Source: a virus
Direction: 5' to 3' (one strand)
IMG/VR virus record: IMGVR_UViG_3300006634_000003
Span: 1 to 34,218 of that record
DNA length: 34,218 nucleotides
The notes under the pieces were generated by a model. The model saw nothing but the letters and a program-made list of their open reading frames with translations, did no database searches and was not told the DNA's origin. Of the stretch, positions 25,675 through 33,699 are shown piece after piece; position 1 is the first letter of the stretch; every line of letters begins with the position of its first letter. A program made the translations under genes and the position numbers.

Positions 25675-26441
25675 TATAACATCTTTTCCATTTTCTTTAC
25701 CTTACGCCATTCACTCTTTGAGCAATCCGCTCTGCACTCTTTTTTGTAATCGCACCACTTACAAAGAGGGGTGGGTACTCTTTCAAAGGCTCCCGTTTTG
25801 CGTATCTCCCATGCCTTCTGGATATGTTCGTCTAAACTCTTCCATAAGCGAGGACTGACTTTTTCGAAGAAGAATCCACCTTGCGGATACTTCTCCGACT
25901 CTCCAAGGAATAAAGCTCCAATGTACTCTGCGTCTATCATCCTTGCATAAAAGGCAGTCTCTATCCTGATGTTGGCGAGATTGTCTTTGAATTTCCCACT
26001 TTTGGTATCTATAACTGCTCTGGCACCACATTCTAAATCCCATACTGAATCGAGTGTTCCTATTTCATGATATCTACGTGCAACAACTTCCTGATAGGTA
26101 GGTGTTATATTAAATTTACCTCCAGTCATTCTGCAATAGATACGCATAAAGTTATTCATATAAGGCACATAATATTTGTCATGTTCCGGTAGCCAGTCTT
26201 CCAGTTTATCTACACCCACACGGAACGGATAATTCTTGAAGTTATCAAAAGTTTCCTCTACCAGTGAATGAATATGAGTACCTTTCTCTGCCAGATCATT
26301 TGTGTATTCTATACCAAGTTCATATCTATAATAATATGGCATTGTACACTTTTTTCTGGAAAGTGACATAAATTGTGATTTAGACATAAGGTCGGGGTCT
26401 TTATCATAACCCCTACGTTCTGCAGGTTTTCCAACAATCAT
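25674..26441 (-). CDS. Cas4-like PD-(D/E)XK nuclease with putative 4Fe-4S cluster
   Basis: N-terminal Cys (KKCT), GTHIH, GTLD, IDTKSG, ETAFYA, C-terminal CKWCDYKKEC. Confidence 0.85.
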   Translation of the reverse strand: MIVGKPAERRGYDKDPDLMSKSQFMSLSRKKCTMPYYYRYELGIEYTNDLAEKGTHIHSLVEETFDNFKNYPFRVGVDKLEDWLPEHDKYYVPYMNNFMRIYCRMTGGKFNITPTYQEVVARRYHEIGTLDSVWDLECGARAVIDTKSGKFKDNLANIRIETAFYARMIDAEYIGALFLGESEKYPQGGFFFEKVSPRLWKSLDEHIQKAWEIRKTGAFERVPTPLCKWCDYKKECRADCSKSEWRKVKKMEKML

Positions 26442-26445
26442 AATA

Positions 26446-26868
26446 TCACCTATTTGGATTGTTTTTTTCCATCACGGATATTTTATCCTTAGGTGGCATT
26501 AATATGAATTCATTTACCTTAGATAAAATATTAAGTGTCATGCTTTTATCCGCAAATTCTTCATGTTCTTCACTTAATTCTCTTGATGGTATGCTTACAT
26601 TTGTGATATATACTAATGTGTCTCCATTATATGTTATATCAATATGTTTTTGATTTTCCTTTGAGAATATGTCCAATTTTTTTGTCTCTATATCATAATC
26701 CCATATAATGCCAGCAAAGTGTCTAAAATTAGACATTAATTTAGTAAGTTCCTTTGCTTTTCCCATATAATGTGAATATTCAATAAGTGATTTATTCCAT
26801 TCATCAAAACACTTTGGGTTAGGAGTTTCCAAACAATACATTGCGTATCCAAATTCTGGTGGTATCAT
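26446..26868 (-). CDS. hypothetical protein (140 aa)
   Basis: Start reassigned to MIPPEFG (SD GGAGGT; ATGA overlap with the upstream gene). Confidence 0.65.
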   Translation of the reverse strand: MIPPEFGYAMYCLETPNPKCFDEWNKSLIEYSHYMGKAKELTKLMSNFRHFAGIIWDYDIETKKLDIFSKENQKHIDITYNGDTLVYITNVSIPSRELSEEHEEFADKSMTLNILSKVNEFILMPPKDKISVMEKNNPNR

Positions 26869-27083
26869 AATACTACCTCCATTGTTATTAATGCTGACAA
26901 TATAAAACCAAGGACAAATCCACATGCAAACCAGAGAGCACGCTGTATATTTAAATATTTATACACCATACCGACAACTTTTGCTGGTTCTTCTGTATAG
27001 TATTGTTGCACTATGGTAGCAATATCCGTGTCTTCTCTAATCTCGTACTTTCTTTCATTACATAATTTACATGTTAATTTCAT
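26865..27083 (-). CDS. small CxxC protein with C-terminal TM segment
   Basis: MKLTCKLC..; hydrophobic ALWFACGFVLGFILSALI. Confidence 0.65.
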   Translation of the reverse strand: MKLTCKLCNERKYEIREDTDIATIVQQYYTEEPAKVVGMVYKYLNIQRALWFACGFVLGFILSALITMEVVL

Positions 27084-27271
27084 TTAATATCACTTCCCAT
27101 ATTTTCAATCAACTCTTTATTTGTTTTAGGTTTTGGACAAGGTTCATTCGGCCTATATCTAGATAATAAAGGTTCGCATATCCATTCCCTTGTTATTTTA
27201 TAACCTAAAATACATCTATTAAACTCCAAAGCCTTACAATCATTACAATTTTTCTTTTGTGAGATTTTCAT
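27080..27271 (-). CDS. small Cys-rich hypothetical protein (63 aa)
   Basis: CNDCKA..RCILG..PNEPCPKPKT; ATGA overlaps on both sides. Confidence 0.7.
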   Translation of the reverse strand: MKISQKKNCNDCKALEFNRCILGYKITREWICEPLLSRYRPNEPCPKPKTNKELIENMGSDIK

Positions 27272-27708
27272 TGTATCAACTCTGAAGTCTCATAGATGTT
27301 GCCAACAATGGTTAAATATTCTGTCTTCAGTTCTTCATCCTCTTGGTCGTATATTGGAATCCATTCTCTACCAGTAGGATGTATTAATTCAGGGTATATT
27401 GGATATATTCCTGCACATCCATATCTCCATTCAACTATATATAAAAATGGTTTTATACTACCATTAACTTTTATGTGTCCTTCCCTATCACCATATATTT
27501 TTTCAACAATATCCCCTTCGTAAATCTCCGTGCCATTCTTATCATAAAGTCCTGTAAACGGCATTAATGTCATTTTATGCAGCATTCGTTCTTGAACACA
27601 ATGTGTATCATCACGTAGATAAACTGTATCTGTATGCCATTCAATTCCCACAACTGTCCACATCCCTTTCTCAATTGTATCCCATGCTCTAAACTTAATT
27701 TCTCTCAA
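27268..27708 (-). CDS. yopX: YopX-family protein (copy 1)
   Basis: TTG start, SD GGGGTGA; REIKFRAWD..PFTGLYDKNGTEIYEGDIV..IVGNIYE. Confidence 0.9.
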   Translation of the reverse strand: MREIKFRAWDTIEKGMWTVVGIEWHTDTVYLRDDTHCVQERMLHKMTLMPFTGLYDKNGTEIYEGDIVEKIYGDREGHIKVNGSIKPFLYIVEWRYGCAGIYPIYPELIHPTGREWIPIYDQEDEELKTEYLTIVGNIYETSELIQ

Positions 27709-27998
27709 ATCATCACCCCATAAGTTATATCAATCTCTTTTATATCATAAATTTTTATAAGTGTAGCATCATTAATATAATATTGTTCTTCAATCTGTTC
27801 TCGAAATATTGATGCAGCCTCGTGCATATTTGGGGCAACAATTGTCTTATCGAATTCTTCTGATATTACATTATACATCTTCAATTTGCGCCCTTTATGA
27901 GTAGCATCAGTATCTTTTGTTTTCTCATCTTTCTGCCTCTCAAGATATTTATCATACACATCATTACTCATACGACATACTTTCACATCCCAGTCCAT
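27705..27998 (-). CDS. hypothetical protein (97 aa)
   Basis: In operon; overlaps the YopX start. Confidence 0.6.
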   Translation of the reverse strand: MDWDVKVCRMSNDVYDKYLERQKDEKTKDTDATHKGRKLKMYNVISEEFDKTIVAPNMHEAASIFREQIEEQYYINDATLIKIYDIKEIDITYGVMI

Positions 27999-28001
27999 TG
28001 A

Positions 28002-28097
28002 CTAAACCATATACCCATACTCTTTTACAAGATTCTGGATAAAATTATGTATCTTGCTGTCAATTTCTTTTGATTCATTTACTTTAATATTGCTCAT
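28002..28097 (-). CDS. small hypothetical peptide (31 aa)
   Basis: MSNIKVNESKEIDSKIHNFIQNLVKEYGYMV*; SD GAGTGA; fills the gap between neighbouring ORFs almost exactly. Confidence 0.45.
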   Translation of the reverse strand: MSNIKVNESKEIDSKIHNFIQNLVKEYGYMV

Positions 28098-28101
28098 TCA
28101 A

Positions 28102-28458
28102 TCACTCTTCCCTGTATAGGACGATGGTTGTCATCTTGTCATGTACATATGAAAGTACTTTGCTAATCCCCATTACCGTTGTAACGAAAATCACGGCGAG
28201 TCCTGTCGAAAGAGGAAGGGCTTCAGTAATTGTTCTTTTTGGGATGTTATTTGTGGCAAATATCCACCATATAGAATATATTACTGAATATATGACGAAT
28301 ATAAGCACTAAAGAAAAGGCGATCCCTCTCAAAATACTCCACGGAGTGATGAAAATATCTCTATCAGGTTCTAATCCAGTATATATTCTATAAGAATATA
28401 ACATCTCTTCTCCGAATATTGCTAACAATATGTTTTTAACTTTATCTGCAATTTTCAT
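28102..28458 (-). CDS. membrane protein (2 TM, 118 aa)
   Basis: Hydrophobic GIAFSLVLIFVIYSVIYSIWWIF and LSTGLAVIFVTTVMGI. Confidence 0.7.
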   Translation of the reverse strand: MKIADKVKNILLAIFGEEMLYSYRIYTGLEPDRDIFITPWSILRGIAFSLVLIFVIYSVIYSIWWIFATNNIPKRTITEALPLSTGLAVIFVTTVMGISKVLSYVHDKMTTIVLYREE

Positions 28459-28901
28459 TCAATCAACTCTGGATTTTCGTAGATGTTTCCAATTATTTCT
28501 ACTTCGCCTCGTGAAATATATCCACCTGCACAGGAATCTAATGTGACAAAATCACCGTTGCCTACTTCTACTGCCCACCTGCCACATTCCCATACAACAT
28601 GTCGGATACACCACTGTTTATCATTACCGTTCAATGCTATTTTCACAACATCCCCTTCGTAAATCTCCTTGCCGTTTTTATCACGAAGTCCGGTGAATTG
28701 TCCAATTGTTTCAGGTTTGACTACATGTTTTACAGTACCAACAGCCAATGACTTTGTATCGTCATTATCAATAATCCATGTGTTATGGGGATCTTGTAGA
28801 ACTCCTGAACCGTGCACCATTTTGGATTCAAATTTATGCCGCCCAAAATTTTTCGGCGGTTTTGTCATCGCTCTGAATTTAATTTCTCTCATTTTTTCCA
28901 A
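28455..28901 (-). CDS. yopX: YopX-family protein (copy 2)
   Basis: MREIKFRA..VKPETIGQFTGLRDKNGKEIYEGDVV..EIIGNIYENPELI; the start may be 28892. Confidence 0.9.
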   Translation of the reverse strand: MEKMREIKFRAMTKPPKNFGRHKFESKMVHGSGVLQDPHNTWIIDNDDTKSLAVGTVKHVVKPETIGQFTGLRDKNGKEIYEGDVVKIALNGNDKQWCIRHVVWECGRWAVEVGNGDFVTLDSCAGGYISRGEVEIIGNIYENPELIE

Positions 28902-29190
28902 TCTCCTTCCATGTTTCCAGTGTAAGTTCTACAGAATCCCAGTTTGAAACCGCACGATCATCTATATAAATAGTTGCCCTGGGTTTGTCAAGCAGAATTT
29001 CGTCGTATGGAATATCATGTGCAATAAGAAATCCTATTATCTCGTTGTACCTCTCCACATTATTGGCAGTCCATATAGTTATATGCCAGCCTTCTTCACG
29101 GAGTTTCTGCATCATGGATTTAGAACGTGGGATTAACTCCCACGTATCTTCATCGCAGATTATTCCGTCAAAATCTACAACCGCTCTCAT
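28879..29190 (-). CDS. minimal HAD-superfamily phosphatase
   Basis: Motif I VDFDGII, motif II IWTA, motif III/IV KP..YIDDRA. Confidence 0.85.
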   Translation of the reverse strand: MRAVVDFDGIICDEDTWELIPRSKSMMQKLREEGWHITIWTANNVERYNEIIGFLIAHDIPYDEILLDKPRATIYIDDRAVSNWDSVELTLETWKEIGKNERN

Positions 29191-29196
29191 GTTCCC

Positions 29197-29574
29197 TCAT
29201 ACCTTAATGTTATAATCTTCAAAATCCAGTTTTTCCTTGGACATAATTTCAAGTACAACATCCTCGGTTTCCGTATCAAAATCCCGAATATCAGGATCGA
29301 TTTCACCCATGTCACAACCAATGCGCCTGTGCCGATCTATGTCAGCCAATCCGGCTTCTTTTTTGAGTGCAAATATTTTGCCTTCAATTGGTTGCTTTTT
29401 GACTTTCAGGTCTTCAATTTGCTGGTTGATTTCATCTCTCTGTTCATAAAGGTCAGCGTTATTCTCTTTGAATTCTTGTAATTTGGATTTTACAAGTTCG
29501 CATCTTTTTTGTTCCCTACGCTGTCTGTACAACCTTTTTATGGATTCTCGCTGGTATTTGGGTGTTTTTGCCAT
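29197..29574 (-). CDS. coiled-coil hypothetical protein (125 aa)
   Basis: K/E/R-rich helical ORF; SD GAGGGA. Confidence 0.7.
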   Translation of the reverse strand: MAKTPKYQRESIKRLYRQRREQKRCELVKSKLQEFKENNADLYEQRDEINQQIEDLKVKKQPIEGKIFALKKEAGLADIDRHRRIGCDMGEIDPDIRDFDTETEDVVLEIMSKEKLDFEDYNIKV

Positions 29575-29575
29575 A

Positions 29576-29875
29576 TTATTGCTTCCTTATTGGTTCGAAA
29601 TCTTTGAAAATTTTGAATATTCCATCTTCTGATAAACGTACTTCGGTGTGTCTGGATTCAGTTTCAGATATAAATAAGGTAATTCCTTTCTTATCAACAT
29701 GCAAGAATGGATACCTCTGCTTATTCTCTATCTCTGCCCTCATCACATTCAAACAGTTCTTACAGGTTACTTCATCGGGTTCCTCATTGATGAGGGCTTT
29801 CTCATTTAAATGAGCTCCGCACAATGCAGCACCATTCCTATTCATGTGTACCTTACGTACATGATTGCTAGTCAT
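29576..29875 (-). CDS. hypothetical protein with Zn-finger-like H..CG..C..C motif
   Basis: KVHM..ALCGAH..VTCKNC. Confidence 0.7.
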   Translation of the reverse strand: MTSNHVRKVHMNRNGAALCGAHLNEKALINEEPDEVTCKNCLNVMRAEIENKQRYPFLHVDKKGITLFISETESRHTEVRLSEDGIFKIFKDFEPIRKQ

Positions 29876-29877
29876 AT

Positions 29878-30138
29878 TTAATCTTCCTTCTCCAATGGTT
29901 CAAACGTTTTTCTGCCAATGGTTACCTTCTCCTTGGTTTCTTCTGCAAAGAAATTGAGCACTTTGGCAAGGAAAACTACCTGTTTCTTTTCAATAGCAGT
30001 TTCCCATTTAATATAATCATTTTCCGTCATACCAATAAGTATTTTACCACTATCATCTTCCTTTACAAGAATACTGCGATCTCCATGTCCGGAAGATACC
30101 ATTACCTTGTTCCTATATTCATCTGGATTCATTTTCAT
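29878..30138 (-). CDS. hypothetical protein (86 aa)
   Basis: In operon; ATGA overlap with the upstream Zn-ribbon ORF. Confidence 0.7.
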   Translation of the reverse strand: MKMNPDEYRNKVMVSSGHGDRSILVKEDDSGKILIGMTENDYIKWETAIEKKQVVFLAKVLNFFAEETKEKVTIGRKTFEPLEKED

Positions 30139-30287
30139 TTTCTTTTCTCCGGTTCTTCAAATTCAGTCTTACATTGCCTACATCTATACTTGGGTTGTTT
30201 ACGTACCCTTATGCGGAAATCGGCAGACTTACAGTTTGGGCAGGCAAGTCCGGAACTGTAAAGTTTGCCCTTTCTGAATTTTATCAT
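30135..30287 (-). CDS. small Zn-ribbon (CPxC...YRCxxC) protein, 50 aa, absent from the ORF track
   Basis: MIKFRKGKLYSSGLACPNCKSADFRIRVRKQPKYRCRQCKTEFEEPEKRK*; ATGA overlaps with both polB and the next gene. Confidence 0.75.
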   Translation of the reverse strand: MIKFRKGKLYSSGLACPNCKSADFRIRVRKQPKYRCRQCKTEFEEPEKRK

Positions 30288-32632
30288 GTTAAGAAATCCG
30301 CCAATGATCGCTGTCCTATCAATCCATTAATATCCCAGCCCATGGAGGAATACAAAAATTCCAGCTTTTTCATTGTAGCATCTCTCATTGCTTTATAATC
30401 TACAACTACTCCATCGGGTAGTGATGTATCCTCATCCACGGCAATGTAATTGGCTGGTGGATATTTGGAAGCTACCTTCTTGACCTTCACATAAAAGGGT
30501 TTGGTGCCTTCCTTGAAGTTCGTATTCAGGTTCTCATTTGACCACATGGCTGCAACCGCACGGTAGTAAGATTCCGGATAGGCGTGCAAGGGCTTCTTGA
30601 TTTCTGCCGGAACTCCAATCTCGGTTAATGGATATTGCCCTTTTTCTACCTTCTTCAATTCAGTAGAGTATTTCAAGTCCAATTCCCTCTTGGGCTTATA
30701 ATTCAGAAGGTCAAGGATTAGCTCCTTCTGCAGGTTCCGTGCCAGAGGGGAAGAATCTGAACGAATAGCATCAAAACCCTTCACTTCTAGCGCAGAAGGA
30801 TCATCCTCATCAAAGGTGGTACCGTCAATCCACCAAAGTTTGATGGCGTATCTGGTCTTGCCTGAAAAAATGCCGTTGCGTGCGACCTTTTCAAAGTCAA
30901 TGTTCATTTTTGCATGTTCATATGGTATGTTATATTGGCGTAGATGGAGAGGGAATTTACTATTCAGGTGTTCCTTGACTTCATTGCCGACTTCAATCAA
31001 CTTCTTGAGACTATTGTATTTGGTTACGAAACCTACCGAATCCGTGTGCCCGAATACCCACTGATATCCAAGTTTGTTGACCTCATGTCCGCAGAAGTCA
31101 ATTACACCACGGGTAATGTGTGTTACAGCATTAGCAATCCTTACATCATAAAACTTACAATGCTTGTCGGCTACATCACCATATACCGTGTTAATTGCTA
31201 CCTTGTATGCTTCACGGATTGCATTGGCAACCTTCCATTCTTTGGATTTGTACTTTTCTTTATCTCGCTTCTTGCCCCACTCGTCTTTCTTTTGAAAGAT
31301 ATCTTCAAGGAACGTCACGTATGCTCCCTTACGCACGTGGTGTGGCATGAAGCACGTACCCCCGATATCGATACAATCGTCAAGGGACACGCCTTCTGGG
31401 AGATTGGAGCCATCTTCATTTACCAATGTTTCTACAGACATATTACCGGACATCATGGAGAAGGGATAGGCAGAGGTCAAATCCTCAAATATAACATTCT
31501 CATGAAGTCCTACAACTGGTGGTCGGGGTTCGGCACCTTTTACCTTGCCATGCTCGGAATCGTGGGATGGGTATATGAACTGTGGCATTGCCCTACTCAT
31601 GGCGGTTTCTACCATCTTGCCCGAATACAGGGTGTCTTCCAGATTGCAGCCAAAAATCCTATGGAAGGTAACATGAGAACTCAAGATTGAAAGTTCCCTG
31701 TCAAGGAGCATCATCTTGTCCACATCATGATAATTATACTCCAATACTTCATCCGGATTCCTTGCCCATGCACGAGCAAGATATGCTGCATTCAATCCAT
31801 CATATTTGGCAAGTCCAAGTTCCCTTTCCAGAATATCATTCAGGGAATTTTTAATATATTTGCGCCTCTTCAGTCTCAAATATCCAGCTCTGTAATCAAA
31901 GAGTGCTACTCCTTTAATCTTGGCTTTGGGATTCCCATTAAAGTCCACGTTCACACTTACCGACTTCATTGGACTTATTGGGCTAATGTCAATATTCAAA
32001 GTGTTACACCGTCTGATTATGTAAACAATATCATAACCTAACAGGTTAAACCCTGCAATGACATCCGGACCGAATTTAGCAATATACTTTATCCAAGCAT
32101 TCAACATCTCGGTCTCTGTGGGATACCAGTATTCAATCCTGCCTGCAGTATTGAACTTCTGGGCTTCCTTGATTGATGAGTGAAAGCAGAACTGCACGAC
32201 CTTGCTGGAATGATTGAACTGGAAACCGATTATAATTATAGGCTCCGGTGCATCCATCATATACTTATTCGTGATGGGGGTATTATTGGAAGCTACCTCA
32301 ATATCCAGTCCACAGACCAGAGGATCAGCTTTTTCTTCAAATCCTTCCTCTATTCTATCAATCCAGTATCGTGTGGTAAAGGGAGTCTTGGCTTCGTAGT
32401 GTCTGTCACCACGCAATTTGCCAATATCCTGTGCCATCTTACATTCGACTTTCTTGACTTTCACGCCATCCTTGGCAGTATAAACATCTCCCTCTTTGCA
32501 TCCTTGCGGAGTAGGAACATCTACCGGAAGATAGAAGTAGGGGTGGAAATCCCACACTTCGTAGGACTTGCCTCCCCACGGAAATACTACAATTCCCGAT
32601 CTATCGTTCTTGACAACCTGCTCGATCTGCAT
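30284..32632 (-). CDS. polB: family B DNA polymerase with 3'-5' exonuclease
   Basis: ExoI LDIE, ExoII GFNLLGYD, ExoIII YNYHD; Pol motifs DLTSAYP, KVAINTVYG, FGHTDS, KTRY. Confidence 0.95.
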   Translation of the reverse strand: MQIEQVVKNDRSGIVVFPWGGKSYEVWDFHPYFYLPVDVPTPQGCKEGDVYTAKDGVKVKKVECKMAQDIGKLRGDRHYEAKTPFTTRYWIDRIEEGFEEKADPLVCGLDIEVASNNTPITNKYMMDAPEPIIIIGFQFNHSSKVVQFCFHSSIKEAQKFNTAGRIEYWYPTETEMLNAWIKYIAKFGPDVIAGFNLLGYDIVYIIRRCNTLNIDISPISPMKSVSVNVDFNGNPKAKIKGVALFDYRAGYLRLKRRKYIKNSLNDILERELGLAKYDGLNAAYLARAWARNPDEVLEYNYHDVDKMMLLDRELSILSSHVTFHRIFGCNLEDTLYSGKMVETAMSRAMPQFIYPSHDSEHGKVKGAEPRPPVVGLHENVIFEDLTSAYPFSMMSGNMSVETLVNEDGSNLPEGVSLDDCIDIGGTCFMPHHVRKGAYVTFLEDIFQKKDEWGKKRDKEKYKSKEWKVANAIREAYKVAINTVYGDVADKHCKFYDVRIANAVTHITRGVIDFCGHEVNKLGYQWVFGHTDSVGFVTKYNSLKKLIEVGNEVKEHLNSKFPLHLRQYNIPYEHAKMNIDFEKVARNGIFSGKTRYAIKLWWIDGTTFDEDDPSALEVKGFDAIRSDSSPLARNLQKELILDLLNYKPKRELDLKYSTELKKVEKGQYPLTEIGVPAEIKKPLHAYPESYYRAVAAMWSNENLNTNFKEGTKPFYVKVKKVASKYPPANYIAVDEDTSLPDGVVVDYKAMRDATMKKLEFLYSSMGWDINGLIGQRSLADFLT

Positions 32633-32641
32633 TTTATTTCC

Positions 32642-32806
32642 TCACGCACTTGTAGTATATCCCTGATATGGATATTCTACATTTACAATGGCAACACTGG
32701 CTTCAATGCCATCTTCCTCAAGGGCTTTTTTCAACAATTCCCTGATGTATGCTGGTGCGGTGTTTTCCTCGCCACCTTCTTCTATCCGTAGATCGAAGTA
32801 CATCAT
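32642..32806 (-). CDS. small acidic hypothetical protein (54 aa)
   Basis: Start reassigned to MMYFDL (SD AGGTGA containing the upstream stop). Confidence 0.55.
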   Translation of the reverse strand: MMYFDLRIEEGGEENTAPAYIRELLKKALEEDGIEASVAIVNVEYPYQGYTTSA

Positions 32807-32807
32807 A

Positions 32808-33698
32808 TCACCTTTTGAGGACTTCATTCACTTTGTCTCTCACAAAGGAATCCATCATCTGGAAGTCTGGCATTTCCAGTGTATCATAACAATGCTTACC
32901 CAGCATCTTCTCGAAGGTTGCATAATGCACCTTCTTGCCATCTACCATGTCGGAGTGGAGTTTCACGATATTCTGGGTATCAAATGCCAGATTCTTTTCT
33001 GATCTAATTTCCCTTGCTTTGGCATTGGAATCTGTATCATTTCTCCTTGCAGAATAAATGATATTGATTCCCTTGGAACGCAGAGCATTGAGCTGGAGTA
33101 CCAGATTCTTGTGCTTTTGCTTGATATCCGACCATTCAATGTTACCATCTTGTGCAAGTTCAGTTATGGTCTTACCAGCCATCTGTGCCTGCTGTCTCTT
33201 ACCTTCATATTGAATTTCATCCCAAAAATCGGACATTGATTCAACAGCAACAATAGAACCTTCAGGTACTTCTCCCTCTTCTACCAGATCGCAAAGTTGG
33301 GTTACGAACTTGTTGGTCTGGTCGAGGGTAACTTCTATATCCATTACGCTCTTGTATTCTCCATCTTCCATTACCCTTTTCATCACTACAGGCTCGACCA
33401 CATTGATATCATACTTCGTGTCCGGAAATTCTAGAAGGCTTGTATCCTGTGCTCGAAATTCTGTATCGATAATGAATACCGGAGCTATATTGGCTGCCGA
33501 ACAGATAGTATAAGTCTTGCCATCTCCGGTATCACCATACAGAATCCAGTTCATTCCTTTGAAGATTGTCCTCTTGGTGAAGAATTTCTTCAAGGAATCC
33601 AGCCCCTTCTTGGAAGGAGCCTTGGGTGGATTTTTCTGTGCTTTCTTCTTGGATGTCTTGTCTTCGGATAGTGTGTCCCAATCTGCAGCTGTTGCCAT
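32808..33698 (-). CDS. AAA_24 / Sak4-like RecA-fold ATPase (putative single-strand annealing protein)
   Basis: ILYGDTGDGKT Walker A, FIIDTE, VAVESMSD Walker B-like. Confidence 0.75.
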   Translation of the reverse strand: MATAADWDTLSEDKTSKKKAQKNPPKAPSKKGLDSLKKFFTKRTIFKGMNWILYGDTGDGKTYTICSAANIAPVFIIDTEFRAQDTSLLEFPDTKYDINVVEPVVMKRVMEDGEYKSVMDIEVTLDQTNKFVTQLCDLVEEGEVPEGSIVAVESMSDFWDEIQYEGKRQQAQMAGKTITELAQDGNIEWSDIKQKHKNLVLQLNALRSKGINIIYSARRNDTDSNAKAREIRSEKNLAFDTQNIVKLHSDMVDGKKVHYATFEKMLGKHCYDTLEMPDFQMMDSFVRDKVNEVLKR

Positions 33699-33699
33699 C

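Noticed and set aside
25674-26441. CRISPR-Cas locus implied by the Cas4-like gene
   Set aside because: No cas1/cas2 and no repeat-spacer array were seen; solo Cas4-like nucleases are common in archaeal viruses.
8918-26925. ORF-track starts at 8918, 18616, 20681, 26925 and 32827
   Set aside because: They overlap upstream genes extensively; downstream ATGs (8963, 18697, 20594, 26868, 32806) have SD motifs or coupling overlaps.
19290-32632. Inteins or introns in PolB, NrdD or the MCM-like gene
   Set aside because: Lengths are compact, motifs are contiguous, and no Cys/Ser...His-Asn intein boundaries or LAGLIDADG inserts were seen.
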